A stretch of 64,000 nt of DNA, from positions 39,730,347-39,794,346 of the forward strand of contig NC_069000.1 in NCBI RefSeq assembly GCF_001194135.2. The letters run 5' to 3'. The stretch comes from Octopus bimaculoides. Its lineage: Eukaryota. Both the position numbers and the translations under genes were made by a program. Shown piece after piece: positions 1-12,408 of the stretch. Under the pieces are notes generated by a model, which saw nothing but the letters and a program-made list of their open reading frames with translations, ran no database searches and was not told the DNA's origin. Position 1 is the stretch's first letter. Each line of letters opens with the position of its first letter.

Positions 1-597
1 TATATATATGCGTGTGTAAGTGTGTGTGTATGTATGTGTGTGCATACATAAATATATAGATACACATATATATATATTTACAGATATATATATGTGTAGG
101 TATGTATGTGTATATGTATATATATATAATGTAAATAATACATATATATACTCTATATATATATATACTTCGCAAATGTTTAATATATTGGCACCTGGAA
201 TGAAAAAGAATAATTACATTGTAAATTCTAAATCCGCTGAAAACATATTAAGACGCTTAGATCAGGAATGTTGAAAATTAAGGGTGTCTATTTACCTCCT
301 ACATGTCTTTGTGTATATTCTCTATAAATTCGTATACAAATCAACTTCATGTAAATGCTAACATTAGGTTTTCACAGGTAGCTGACCCACAAATGTTGCC
401 AAAGTATTTTTCTTACGTATAAAGTTTATAGTAAGGAAACAAAATTGTCTTCCTCCTATCACTGCGCTTTTATAAATGAATTTCGCATATACATTACCTT
501 ATGGATTTCTTAATTATAATTATCAAAGTATCTGCAATTATCCAAGTGGCAACTCAGCCCAGACAACACTTTTGTCAAAGATCGTGACAACTCAGGA

Positions 598-946
598 CAA
601 TAGTTCTCAACCGGGATTCATATAGCCCCTGAGGGTCCATAAAAGATTTTTGTCGGTCCACGCAACAAAATACTAAATCGAGGACCTACAATATTAATTT
701 AAGGGTAGCTGAAAATATTTTCTTTATATGTGTGTATTAGTATGTATTACAAGAAACAGCTTGGCTTTTTTTGTCTAACATTTTACATAGTTTAAGTTAT
801 GCAAGTGAATGTCTGAAAAACAAAACAGGAATTTAGAAAGAAGTTTCTATAAAACTAGTTTTTAAACATGGAATGGCAATGGGGACCCACGAAATTGAAA
901 TAGCAATCAAAGGGTTCCATACGTAAAGAATGCTTCAGAACCCCTA
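598..946. mobile_element. hAT (Charlie-like) non-autonomous MITE, copy 1
   Basis: Left end caatagttctcaacc and right end gcttcagaacccct resemble CAGTGGTTCTCAAC-type hAT TIRs. The interior aligns by eye with 35746-36083 (aaagaagtttctat-aaac-agttttta). Confidence 0.65.
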
Positions 947-2289
947 CCTTAGGGGAGTACGTACAAATTTAGCGAGAGCAATTTAGAATATCTCTTCAAC
1001 TGCTGTTTTCCCTGCAGAACTAAATCTTTGCGATTGAATAGTTAGAAACAAATTCACAAATTTAAATTGCAAAAAAGTTAAAATGTAAACAAGTAACAGA
1101 AAATAATTCCATCATATTACATTAATAACATCGTTTCCTAATTTAATGTGAAATTCACGTGATTTGGGAGCAACGAAAGTGACACTTTCCTTCCGAATGA
1201 TTTCAGATAATGGAAAAGCACTGTACTTTTAATTAGATATTTACCTTCGTCCATTCGAGTTTTATCACAAGTTATTTTAATTTGCAATTTAATATGAAGT
1301 TTTTTTGCATTATGCATTTTCGATTAGAATAACACCTGAAGCCGCTTAGAGCTACTTACTCTTACAATATATTATATATATATATATNNNNNNNNNNNNN
1401 NNNNNNNNNNNNNNNNNNNNNNNNNNNNNNNNNNNNNNNNNNNNNNNNNNNNNNNNNNNNNNNNNNNNNNNNNNNNNNNNNNNNNNNNNNNNNNNNNNNN
1501 NNNNNNNNNNNNNNNNNNNNNNNNNNNNNNNNNNNNNNNNNNNNNNNNNNNNNNNNNNNNNNNNNNNNNNNNNNNNNNNNNNNNNNNNNNNNNNNNNNNN
1601 NNNNNNNNNNNNNNNNNNNNNNNNNNNNNNNNNNNNNNNNNNNNNNNNNNNNNNNNNNNNNNNNNNNNNNNNNNNNNNNNNNNNNNNNNNNNNNNNNNNN
1701 NNNNNNNNNNNNNNNNNNNNNNNNNNNNNNNNNNNNNNNNNNNNNNNNNNNNNNNNNNNNNNNNNNNNNNNNNNNNNNNNNNNNNNNNNNNNNNNNNNNN
1801 NNNNNNNNNNNNNNNNNNNNNNNNNNNNNNNNNNNNNNNNNNNNNNNNNNNNNNNNNNNNNNNNNNNNNNNNNNNNNNNNNNNNNNNNNNNNNNNNNNNN
1901 NNNNNNNNNNNNNNNNNNNNNNNNNNNNNNNNNNNNNNNNNNNNNNNNNNNNNNNNNNNNNNNNNNNNNNNNNNNNNNNNNNNNNNNNNNNNNNNNNNNN
2001 NNNNNNNNNNNNNNNNNNNNNNNNNNNNNNNNNNNNNNNNNNNNNNNNNNNNNNNNNNNNNNNNNNNNNNNNNNNNNNNNNNNNNNNNNNNNNNNNNNNN
2101 NNNNNNNNNNNNNNNNNNNNNNNNNNNNNNNNNNNNNNNNNNNNNNNNNAAATAATATTAAATTTTTAAATGTTCAAATTGGATTAAAATTAAATAGAAG
2201 TATTCTGAAAAAGATAAATATCTACTATTAAAGATTTTGAGAATTAAAACAAATTATTATAGTTCAAACTTTCTATGAAGTTATTCTTT

Positions 2290-2510
2290 TCTACTCTAGA
2301 AATTTTTTGGTCAGGGACCAGTCGATTAGATCACCTCTAGTACGCAACTGGTACTGAATTTATCGACACGAATAGGTTGAAAGGGAAAACCGACCTCGGC
2401 GGAATTTGAACGCAAAGACAGACGAAATACCTCTAAGCAATTCGCCTGGCATTCTAACGTTTCTTATTTCTTTATTGCCCACAAGGGGCTAAACATAGAG
2501 GGGATTAAAA
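2290..2510 (-). mobile_element. SINE family 3 (tRNA-derived, ggcgagctggcagaaacgttagcacgccggg head) with the tail of a preceding unit
   Basis: Reverse complement matches the copies at 33355 and 61525: ccgaggtcgg-tt-ccctttca, gtcgataaa-t-agtaccagtt. Confidence 0.85.
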
Positions 2511-2539
2511 CTATATAAGTTCTTCACAGCAAAAATTTG

Positions 2540-3870
2540 AAAATGAATTTAAGAAGGTCTCGCTGTGAAACATTACTGTTGGTAGCCGTATTTTGGAAGG
2601 TAGACGATTCCAGGAACTTATCGGATGAATTTTATAAATTTACAATTCAAATGTATAAAATTAACATTAGAAACTCATAACAATTATTGGGATATATGAA
2701 GCATTGTTACGAGAAAATTGTCCACGAAGGCTTGTTGATCTGTCGATTGTTATATGGACGTAGCTCAGCGGAAATGATTTTCACAAGAGTCTCTTATGTT
2801 TCAGAGAAGTAGGCCTTTAATTGAATGGAAGAATATTTGGAATGTGTAATAAAAAGTAGCAGCAATGGGAGGAATGAAAGCTTGATTTCCAGTTAAAGTA
2901 ATATCTGTTAGCAAAATTCTTACTATTTTCATTTAGTACATGATTTACGAGAGGTATTAGCATCTAACAAAATTACTGCTGCTTGGAATACAGTATTACT
3001 AGACGCAGTTTAATTATTAACTTTTATAAACTTGTACACTAAATAGTCGCCTCTTCACAAATCCAATTTCAGCAAACTTTATTAAAAACGGAAGTGCATT
3101 GTCTCTCAACTGGACAATTTTTGAAACGGTTATTAAAATTTTCAAAATGACATAATATTCCTGTCAGTGAAAAATTCAGATTTGGCTAATTTGTTTCACA
3201 AAGAAGATTGATTATGTAAATTAAGCTATTCCATTGATGTTTCTAGAAAACTTAATGAACTTAAAATGTTTCGACAAGGAGGGGAAACCAATATTTTCAA
3301 ATTAAATCTAAAATTCAAGCTTTCAATAATAAAAAAAATAATAAATGCAAAACAGAAAATGATGAATTAAAAATGTTTCCGTATACAAATGATGAAATTT
3401 TGAAAACGCACCGAATTTTCATTTGATCAAGCAAATGATAATTGATTATTTGCAAAGTCCAGAAGGAAAATTTTAGAAATAGTTGTGGCCAAAATTAAAT
3501 TATAACCAATTAGATTCGTTTCACACTTCATTCGCAGCTGAAGTAGCGTGCATAAAATCATTTGCCATTAACAACTCAGAACGGATATGCAAAACTTTCG
3601 ACCGATTCAAATCGCAGGCTTGAGTTTCTTGTGAAAACTTTAAATGCGTTTTAGCATGGGGGTTTCCGCTTAAAATTCTTATTTTCCGGCTTGAAATTGA
3701 AACCTTTTTGTCTAGTATAACAACGTATTTATGCAAATCAACATTTTCGTTGTTGAGTGGGTTTAAATTTTAAAAAATCTTTCCATGATTTAGAAATCGC
3801 CCTTGGACCAGCATTTACAAATATTACACCGAGATTTGGTTCATTGTGCAAAAATAAACAGTGGCTTCCA
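2540..3870 (+). pseudogene. Decayed hAT transposase, Charlie/Buster (ZBED5-like) type
   Basis: Manual translation: LLKTEVHCLSTGQFLKRL at about 3079-3135 (family motif LLHTEVRWLSRG); DLANLFHKED*LCKLSYSIDVSRKLNEL at about 3180-3260; ITTYLCKSTFS at about 3716-3750 (dimerisation-domain TTYLCExxFS); TNITPRFGSLCKNKQ at about 3815-3862. Many stops and frameshifts. Confidence 0.8.
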
Positions 3871-4984
3871 TCATTAAACATTTCAAATCTTCTTCCATTC
3901 CATTAAAGGCCAACTTCTCTGAAACAAAAAAAGATATTTTTCCTTTTCTAATAAATTAAAAGCTTAAAAGACTTTTTTTCCCCTTTCCTATTAAATTTAG
4001 AGCTAAAAATTAAGAGTTAGTTTAGTTAGTTTTTATTGTTTTTGCAAAATATGAAGAGGTTTGCGACGAATTACGGCAATTGTTTTTTTTTTCCTGGGTA
4101 GAAAAGTTTTATGCTTGTAATTTTATATTAACTGTAATTTTGAATTTTATTTTAACTCAAAAAGCATAACACATGTGATGATGTTTTTTTTCTGTTATTT
4201 AAAGACATTGGTTTATTTTTGTATCATTCTTTTTTAACCTAATATGGTTGCATATGAAAAATGTTGATTTATAATTTAATTTTTTTTTTAACTCAGTAGT
4301 TGCTCCTGGCCCTCATTGATTTGAATTCTTGCCCGAAAAACATTATTTATTGTTATTCATTGATTTATTTTATTTTATTTTTCTTTGTCAAAACACACAC
4401 CTCGTTTATGTTTGCTAAATAAATATGAATACTTCCTTCTACACATAATCACCTCTTTCCAACTGTAAAAAAAAATATACGATTTATATCTCAGAAAAAA
4501 CATAGATATACGTAAGAATTTTATTTACAGAAAAAGGAATTATTCCAAGGGTGGTAATTCCTCTAAAGAAGTGTCACTTAAGTAGTTCTGGAAGTAGAAT
4601 TTTACGTGTCTGGTCTTCCGTGGGAAAGCTCACTAATGGCTGACTTTTACCAAAACTGTGCGCAGTCAGGCACGCAGAGATAATTTCGAATTATTTCTAC
4701 CACCAAATTTGGGTAAATCAACAAATTTTATTTGAAAATGCGGGGCACAATTCAAATCTTTTAGGTTACCTGAGCTAAACCAGAGGTATGTATTTGCTAG
4801 TATAAATTACTAGAATTACATATATCAGAATGGCTTATACTAACCAGTGCGCACAGTTTGTTTAACCTACAGTTCTTTAGTTAGCTCTATACTTTCAGCT
4901 TGATGAGAAGCAGTGTCACTGGTGTTGTGAGAGATGCGACGAAAGGCAATACTTCACAACACAGTATCATCTCTATTACTAGTA

Positions 4985-5375
4985 ATATTGGTTTCAAAAT
5001 TTGGCACAACGCCATGATTACATCGATGCCAGTGCTCGACTCGCCTTTACTTTATCGTCTCTGAAAGGATGGAAGGCAAAGTCAACGCCGCCGGATCGTG
5101 AAGACGGATGAAATGCCGTTGTGCTAACGAATTTGTCAGCTGGTTGCCTTCCAAGGACTACTAACGTTGCTTTCAAATTTTCGCAGAGACACAGTAGTTT
5201 GAGGGAGGATGTAAATCAATTACATCGACCCTAATGTTCAAATGGTATTTACTTTATCGACCCAGAAACAATGAAAAGCAAACATGACCTCGGCGAAATT
5301 TAGACCCTAACGTAAAGACGGAGAAAATACTGCTAAGCATTTTGCCCTTCCGAACCTAGAAGCCCACCGCCTTAC
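4985..5375 (-). mobile_element. Two tandem partial SINE family 3 copies
   Basis: tttatcg-c-c-gaaa-gatg-aaggcaaagtc and acctcggcgaaatt blocks occur twice; reverse complement of the family 3 body. Confidence 0.75.
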
Positions 5376-6014
5376 AATTAATTGTAATATAGTTAACTAT
5401 TTATTTCCGCTGCAACATAAGAGAGGCTTTATAAAAGCTAGCTCACACTCGTGTCAGAATTTCACGGGTAAGGACAGCGAATGCTGTTTCTCGTTTAGTA
5501 TTTAACCTTTGCAGAAAATAGCCTTGTAATTTTTTTTCCTTTCTTTTTGTTTTTCTATTTTGTAAAATACTTCGTCAGTTAGGAAGAAAATGTCACTCAG
5601 AAAAAAACTTGTCAAATCAAAATCAAATTGGATGATAGTGAAATTTGTTAGAAGACATATAACTGCATATCTGCAAGATAATATGACGTTTCGGCGTAAC
5701 TTCTCAATGACTACAGTAAATTATCGGAAAATCTTCAAAAGAATTCGAAATTATTTCTTCAAATAGAAATTATGAAATTTCGTTATCGTCCATGTGATTA
5801 TGAAGAATTATTCAGTGACAAAAAGATGGTAATCTGTGATGTTGGTCTATGTTAATGAAATTTTCTGGCTGTATTGTTTACCATTCTCACAGTTATTAAT
5901 TCCATATAAATTTTCTATGTTAGTTTTGTATGCATTAACAAAGTATATGAATACAGTCTCTGTCTCATATTCAGAAAATTCGTTTTGATGTTTATAGGTT
6001 TTCTGTAAGAAAGA

Positions 6015-6370
6015 TGGATAAAATGCTTAGCGGTATTTCGTCCATCTTTATATTCTGAGTTCAAATTCCAAATATATAGACTTTGCCTTTCATCACTCGG
6101 GATCGATAAAATAAGTACCAGTTGTACACAGGGCTCTATATAATCGACCTTCCCTATCCCCTGAAATTGCTAGCCCTGTGCCAAAATCTGAGACTAATAT
6201 TTATAGCTTTCAATAAGGCGGTGAGATAGCGTAATCGTCAGCACACTGAACAAAATACTAAGTGGCAATTCCCTCCGTCTTTACGTTTTGAGTTCAAATT
6301 CCGCTGTGGTCGACTTTATCTTTCATCCCCCTCGGGATAGATAAAATATGTACCAGCTGAGTACTGGGGT
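6015..6370 (+). mobile_element. Two tandem SINE family 3 copies
   Basis: aaatgcttagcggtatttcgtc...ctgagttcaaattcc (B-box-like), then gcctttcatc...gataaaataagtaccag, repeated at about 6020 and 6240. Confidence 0.8.
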
Positions 6371-7689
6371 CCATGCTTGCACACTTTCCCAAATTTGTTT
6401 TCAACACACGATTTCACATAAAAAAAATCTTGCAAAACAAATATATATATATATANNNNNNNNNNNNNNNNNNNNNNNNNNNNNNNNNNNNNNNNNNNNN
6501 NNNNNNNNNNNNNNNNNNNNNNNNNNNNNNNNNNNNNNNNNNNNNNNNNNNNNNNNNNNNNNNNNNNNNNNNNNNNNNNNNNNNNNNNNNNNNNNNNNNN
6601 NNNNNNNNNNNNNNNNNNNNNNNNNNNNNNNNNNNNNNNNNNNNNNNNNNNNNNNNNNNNNNNNNNNNNNNNNNNNNNNNNNNNNNNNNNNNNNNNNNNN
6701 NNNNNNNNNNNNNNNNNNNNNNNNNNNNNNNNNNNNNNNNNNNNNNNNNNNNNNNNNNNNNNNNNNNNNNNNNNNNNNNNNNNNNNNNNNNNNNNNNNNN
6801 NNNNNNNNNNNNNNNNNNNNNNNNNNNNNNNNNNNNNNNNNNNNNNNNNNNNNNNNNNNNNNNNNNNNNNNNNNNNNNNNNNNNNNNNNNNNNNNNNNNN
6901 NNNNNNNNNNNNNNNNNNNNNNNNNNNNNNNNNNNNNNNNNNNNNNNNNNNNNNNNNNNNNNNNNNNNNNNNNNNNNNNNNNNNNNNNNNNNNNNNNNNN
7001 NNNNNNNNNNNNNNNNNNNNNNNNNNNNNNNNNNNNNNNNNNNNNNNNNNNNNNNNNNNNNNNNNNNNNNNNNNNNNNNNNNNNNNNNNNNNNNNNNNNN
7101 NNNNNNNNNNNNNNNNNNNNNNNNNNNNNNNNNNNNNNNNNNNNNNNNNNNNNNNNNNNNNNNNNNNNNNNNNNNNNNNNNNNNNNNNNNNNNNNNNNNN
7201 NNNNNNNNNNNNNNNNNNNNNNNNNNNNNNNNNNNNNNNNNNTATATATATATATATGCGTATGCATACATACACATGCGAACAAATACATACTTTCCTA
7301 CGCGCTCAGAAAGACACATTCATATGTGTTCACTTTTCGCATTAATATCTGGTGACATTTTATAAAAACAAAAATGTTTTCCACTTTTTCGTACTTGTTT
7401 TAGGAATGATTTTACTTTCTTTGGGCCTTAGGTAAATGAAACGAAACCAAACGCTAATGAACATATAAAAGTAACTGAATGGCTCCGACATACTGTATGA
7501 TATTGATATGTAAGTTTATTTCCGTTCCTTGAAATGATTTGGTATTTGTATGCTCTGTACTTAAAAGCATTGGTTTGTCAGATAGCAAAATATTCTAATG
7601 AGAAGGCAGCGAGATGCAGAAGACAGATGAGGAGATATTAAGTCATAGGAAGAGAACAGTCATTATGAAAGAGTAGATGAGCAGAAATA

Positions 7690-8025
7690 GCATTTTCTGA
7701 AGACGCCAATATATTTAATGAGCGGATAGGACAGATTTAATGAGCGTTTATAAATGAAACTATGCATGAGAGTACTTCTCATAGAGGGCACGGCATACAG
7801 GTAACGATGGGCGCTGAAGAGAGTTCTGTCATATTAGTGATGTCGTAATTGTAAAAGAATTGGTGAGAAAAAGCGAAAGAGTTCGTCGAGGATAGAGTAT
7901 ACCAAGGGGATATATTGTTGACTTGCTCCTGTCATTAGGCCACGACCATGCTGGTGTGTCAGTCACTAGACAACGACCCTGCTGGTGCAGCCCGTGGAAG
8001 TGTTTAAACGAACGGTACGACTCTA
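7690..8025 (+). mobile_element. Possible very old CR1/L2-type LINE 3' fragment
   Basis: DRTDLMSVYK (cf. RGDLIxVYK), HRGHG (cf. TRGH) and VEVFKR (cf. SVxxFKxRLD) occur in the expected order across frames. Weak. Confidence 0.3.
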
Positions 8026-8223
8026 GAATTTTTTTTTTTTTTTTTTTTTTTACATGTTCAGTCTGCCACTTATTCCGTTGTTTTTGTCTATCGAACTGCT
8101 AATTCATGTCGATGTTAATAAACTGAGAACGGTTTTTATGAATTGGTGGGAATATATCAAAATACACGACGACACACAGACAGAAACTCCTATACACACA
8201 TCCACACGCAGTCACTCACTCGA

Positions 8224-8361
8224 GTTCCTTTCTGTGGAAGAGCGTAGGCTCGAAACGTTAAAGACTTTTTTCACTTCCTGAGCGTTATACTAATACATCT
8301 GTGTGTTGTCTGCACCACCTGTCTTCATCGTTTGTTTGTTTTTTTGTGAATTCTCCCTATA
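8224..8361 (+). mobile_element. Short non-autonomous element A, probably a PLE terminal repeat, with a hammerhead-like motif
   Basis: Near-identical reverse-complement copy at 57497-57630. It ends ...gtgaattctccc and runs directly into (TA)n. Confidence 0.7.
8228..8263 (+). ncRNA. Minimal type-I hammerhead-ribozyme-like motif (degenerate core)
   Basis: CTTT / CTGTGGA-A / GAGC-GTAG-GCTC / GAAAC-GT-T / AAAG: stem I CTTT:AAAG, stem II 4 bp, no stem III loop. The core lacks A6. Confidence 0.4.
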
Positions 8362-8887
8362 TATATATATATATATATATACATTGGTACTGAATTCGAG
8401 AGGACAAAGAACGTGACTGTTGTAGTTCAACCGTAGATTAAATCAGATCTTTACAATTATTTCTATATCATTCAGGGTTTCTCTTCTTTAGAACTGTACA
8501 ATGTGAACTCAGAATGATTTCACAGTTATTTCTAGCATGTCAAACATGTCAAATAAACATAGACTGTCTCCTTCAATGACACAGTAGTTAAAGAGTAGCA
8601 GCAGAATTACGGTGAGCTTCTAGATCAGAAATGCCAAGATATGTAGCATTCTGAATGTCTACTTGTTAATTCAATATACGTCATCATTATCAATTTTCTC
8701 AAATCTGATATGACAGCCACAATATAGGAAAAGAATAGGTATTTACCACCTTTTCTATAAATGCTTGTGTGAAATGAATGATAACACTTGCAATTTTCTC
8801 TGTATAGTACCATTAGATTAACTCACGCACATTATGCTATGCAATAATAGTAATAACAAAATCAACAACAAGAAGAGGAACAACAGC

Positions 8888-8888
<1 letters not shown>

Positions 8889-8946
<58 letters not shown>
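8889..8946. repeat. (AAT)n microsatellite
   Basis: Direct reading. Confidence 0.95.
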
Positions 8947-8948
<2 letters not shown>

Positions 8949-8965
8949 GATGAAGAAAGTCACAC

Positions 8966-9182
8966 AAATATTGACCCAACAGAACTACATGATCTAAAAA
9001 ATCAAATCATGATTGAATGGATGAAAATTAAAGAAACCAGTATGAATGAATGAATGCAGTACTCTCCCAAAAATTCGCAATTCTAACCAAAACCTGAAAA
9101 TAATTGGTAAAATCCGCCTTGCACTTACGGATATAATTTCAGCTAATGATATTGATATCACAGATCTCAACCACCTGTACTA
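8966..9182 (+). mobile_element. Fragment of a non-LTR retrotransposon ORF N-terminal region (R4/Dong-like)
   Basis: IDPTELHDLKNQIMIEWMKIKETSMNE* then, after a frameshift, PKIRNSNQNLKIIGKIRLALTDIISANDIDITDLNHLYY. Resembles the R4-clade pre-RT segment ending INxLxYAAA; assignment from memory. Confidence 0.4.
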
Positions 9183-9185
9183 TGA

Positions 9186-9186
9186 A

Positions 9187-9271
<85 letters not shown>
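9186..9271. repeat. Compound (CAG)n(TAG)n microsatellite
   Basis: Direct reading; it produces the poly-S ORF at 9146-9346. Confidence 0.95.
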
Positions 9272-9272
<1 letters not shown>

Positions 9273-10022
9273 CCGAATATATGAAACCACTATATTCATA
9301 TTGCTTCGTCTTGAACTGCGTACAAGTTTCATGTAATTTATCGTGACGGAGATGCGAATTTTACGCTTTTTATTTATTTATTCCTTTAGTTATTTATTTA
9401 TTTATTTATTTATTTACTATTATTTTCAAGGTTCTTAGTAAAGAAACAAAACTGGTAAAGAAATAAAAAGAAATAAACTGAAATAATTCAACTATTAATA
9501 AACTTGTAGCAGATACACAAAGAGATTATACACTTCTCTATGCATTTCCGCCAACTATTTTACAGCTATGAAAACCAACAACTATATAATTTAATTCAAA
9601 CCGCCATTTTGTAGTCAGTGCTTCTGTGATATTCTAAATTTTTGCTGTCTTTTTTGTTTGTTTGTTTGCTTTTTTGCATTTGTTTTGTTTTGTTTTTTAA
9701 CGACGAAATCAGTCACTTGCTGGTGTATTTATTTTTGTATTAATCAGAATGGCTTTGGAAATCGTTCTTAGAACACAACATTTACGTTACGGCGAGGATA
9801 TTTTTGTTCTATACTATGAATAAAATACACGTACACAGTTACTCAAATATATGTCTATATGCCTTCGTTTAAGTTTGTATTTGTACAATTCACTGATTTA
9901 TATCAGCCTACTATATAAACATGGTATGAAGGATGATTTCCAGCTGTATATTACGATTTCCAGCTGCATATGTAAACGTGCAAACCCACGAGTGTGTATA
10001 AATAAACGTAGATAGACTTATC

Positions 10023-10066
<44 letters not shown>

Positions 10067-11799
10067 CGTACAAAACATACATACATACACTCATATATGT
10101 ATAAATACATACATAATCATAAATACATACATACATGTGTGTATATATATATATATATTTATATTTACCAATCTATCGATATATACATATATACATACAT
10201 ACATACACACACATATATTCATATATATATGTGTGTGTTTATATAAATATATATACATATATACATACATACATNNNNNNNNNNNNNNNNNNNNNNNNNN
10301 NNNNNNNNNNNNNNNNNNNNNNNNNNNNNNNNNNNNNNNNNNNNNNNNNNNNNNNNNNNNNNNNNNNNNNNNNNNNNNNNNNNNNNNNNNNNNNNNNNNN
10401 NNNNNNNNNNNNNNNNNNNNNNNNNNNNNNNNNNNNNNNNNNNNNNNNNNNNNNNNNNNNNNNNNNNNNNNNNNNNNNNNNNNNNNNNNNNNNNNNNNNN
10501 NNNNNNNNNNNNNNNNNNNNNNNNNNNNNNNNNNNNNNNNNNNNNNNNNNNNNNNNNNNNNNNNNNNNNNNNNNNNNNNNNNNNNNNNNNNNNNNNNNNN
10601 NNNNNNNNNNNNNNNNNNNNNNNNNNNNNNNNNNNNNNNNNNNNNNNNNNNNNNNNNNNNNNNNNNNNNNNNNNNNNNNNNNNNNNNNNNNNNNNNNNNN
10701 NNNNNNNNNNNNNNNNNNNNNNNNNNNNNNNNNNNNNNNNNNNNNNNNNNNNATATATATATATATATATACATGTTTGTGTGTGCGTGTGTGTGTATGT
10801 GTGTGTATGTATGTATTTGTGTATGTATGTATTAATGTATGTGCGTGTGTATTATATATGTATAACGGGGCATTTGAATATGTAAATACCAATCTTGAGA
10901 AATAAGGCTTCTGAAAACCAGAGAGCTTATAAGTTTGTTTTTATTTTGGGGGCCTAAAACATAACTTCGTCGAGGTAATATTGTATGACACATATGCTAA
11001 AGAGAACAGAGAATATTATGGTTTTGGAATATTTATTTATTTGTAAACGGTGAGGTAGAAGTAATAAGGAAGACTAAGTTTTATTTCCAAACTCAAAAGA
11101 CTCCAGCGAAAAGAAAGATATAACAAGATTTAAACAAAAAAAGACCTTTTAAACCTGTTACTAAATCAGGTAGAGATAAACGCGAAACTCTGGTTCGGTT
11201 CTTGGTAACTTCGTTCGCTGCTCCCTTATCATTTGTTCAGAGCTGTTGTGGACTTCACCTTAAGCGTATCAGTCCACCCGTAGCTGACCCGTTCTCCACG
11301 CTTCGGCACCTGTCTGATCGAAGTGTGAGTGGCGAGCGCCGCCAGGTTGGCACCGTTGGCCGAACGCGATGTGGGAATAGCAGACACTCACGTATATTCG
11401 TGCACGCGAACGCATACACGTCCACACACATACTCGCTCACACACACACACACATACACACACACACACACACACACTCATATGCACACATACAGTTATA
11501 CACCGGTGCACGCACATATACATAATACATAGAAAGATATAAGTACATGCATACACGCATACGTACATACGTACATACATACATGCAAAAAACATACATA
11601 CATATCCTCTAAGTATGTGTGATTATATAAAAAAAAATAATGCTTTAGATACGTGAAAGCAAAAGGTATCTCGATCCACATATTTTGTAAAATTTCATAA
11701 AAGATTTGTAAAATGTTTTTAGTAGCAGATCCAAACTTAAAGTGCACGACAGTTTTGATAATGTGATTACTGACCAATTCATGTCGGAATGTTAATCAG

Positions 11800-12250
11800 A
11801 TAAGCTGCATGTATTCGCTGATAAAGAGAATTCGTATAGCTTACGCGTTAGACCGTATTTCAAATATCTATAAGAAGTTTTGTAAAGGAGCTTATAAGTT
11901 TATAAATCTCAAAGCAAAAGAAACACTGAAAATGACGACAGATTATAGGAAAGAACAACTGATTTCCAAGCAGACATATGCAACACTTAACGACCATACA
12001 ATAAATTTTCGTATTGACTCTATGTTTAGATAAATTAACCCATTTAAACCAGAGGTAATTATAGTTAGCAAAAGAATATGTTTTAAAATTCATTTTGAAA
12101 GTCAAGCAATTTCATCTTTATGACGATGATGAAGCATTTTAGAAGTGCTTGAATGGTTTCATAAGATAAAAGAGAAGAAAAACTATAGATTTATAAATTT
12201 CGATATAACAGACTTTTTTCCTACACTAACCATGTCTCTGTTTATTGATG
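11800..12250 (+). pseudogene. Penelope-like element (PLE) reverse transcriptase fragment, N-terminal part
   Basis: QTYATLNDHTINFRIDSMFR*INPFKPEVIIVSKRI at 11971-12078 matches the PLE motif YxTLKDHKxNFxxxxxxRLINPxKxExGxxSK. NFDITDFFPTL at about 12195-12228 matches FDIxxFYPSI. Confidence 0.75.
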
Positions 12251-12408
12251 TTTCTGCATCACTTAAAAATAATGCTGCGTAATTTTAGTGATTTATAGTG
12301 GACGAATTTATTTTTTTGTTCGTTTTCTTTTGTATTTTGTAGAAATTGTAAACAAATGAGATATCAAATCTGTTTTCTTCTGTACCCGTATCTAGCTAAA
12401 GTATCTAG

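Noticed and set aside
9146-9346. Poly-Ser ORF; likewise poly-Thr/Leu at 32189-32384, poly-His/Gln at 47458-47688 and poly-Asn at 51732-52088
   Set aside because: Trinucleotide microsatellites with non-coding-looking flanks.
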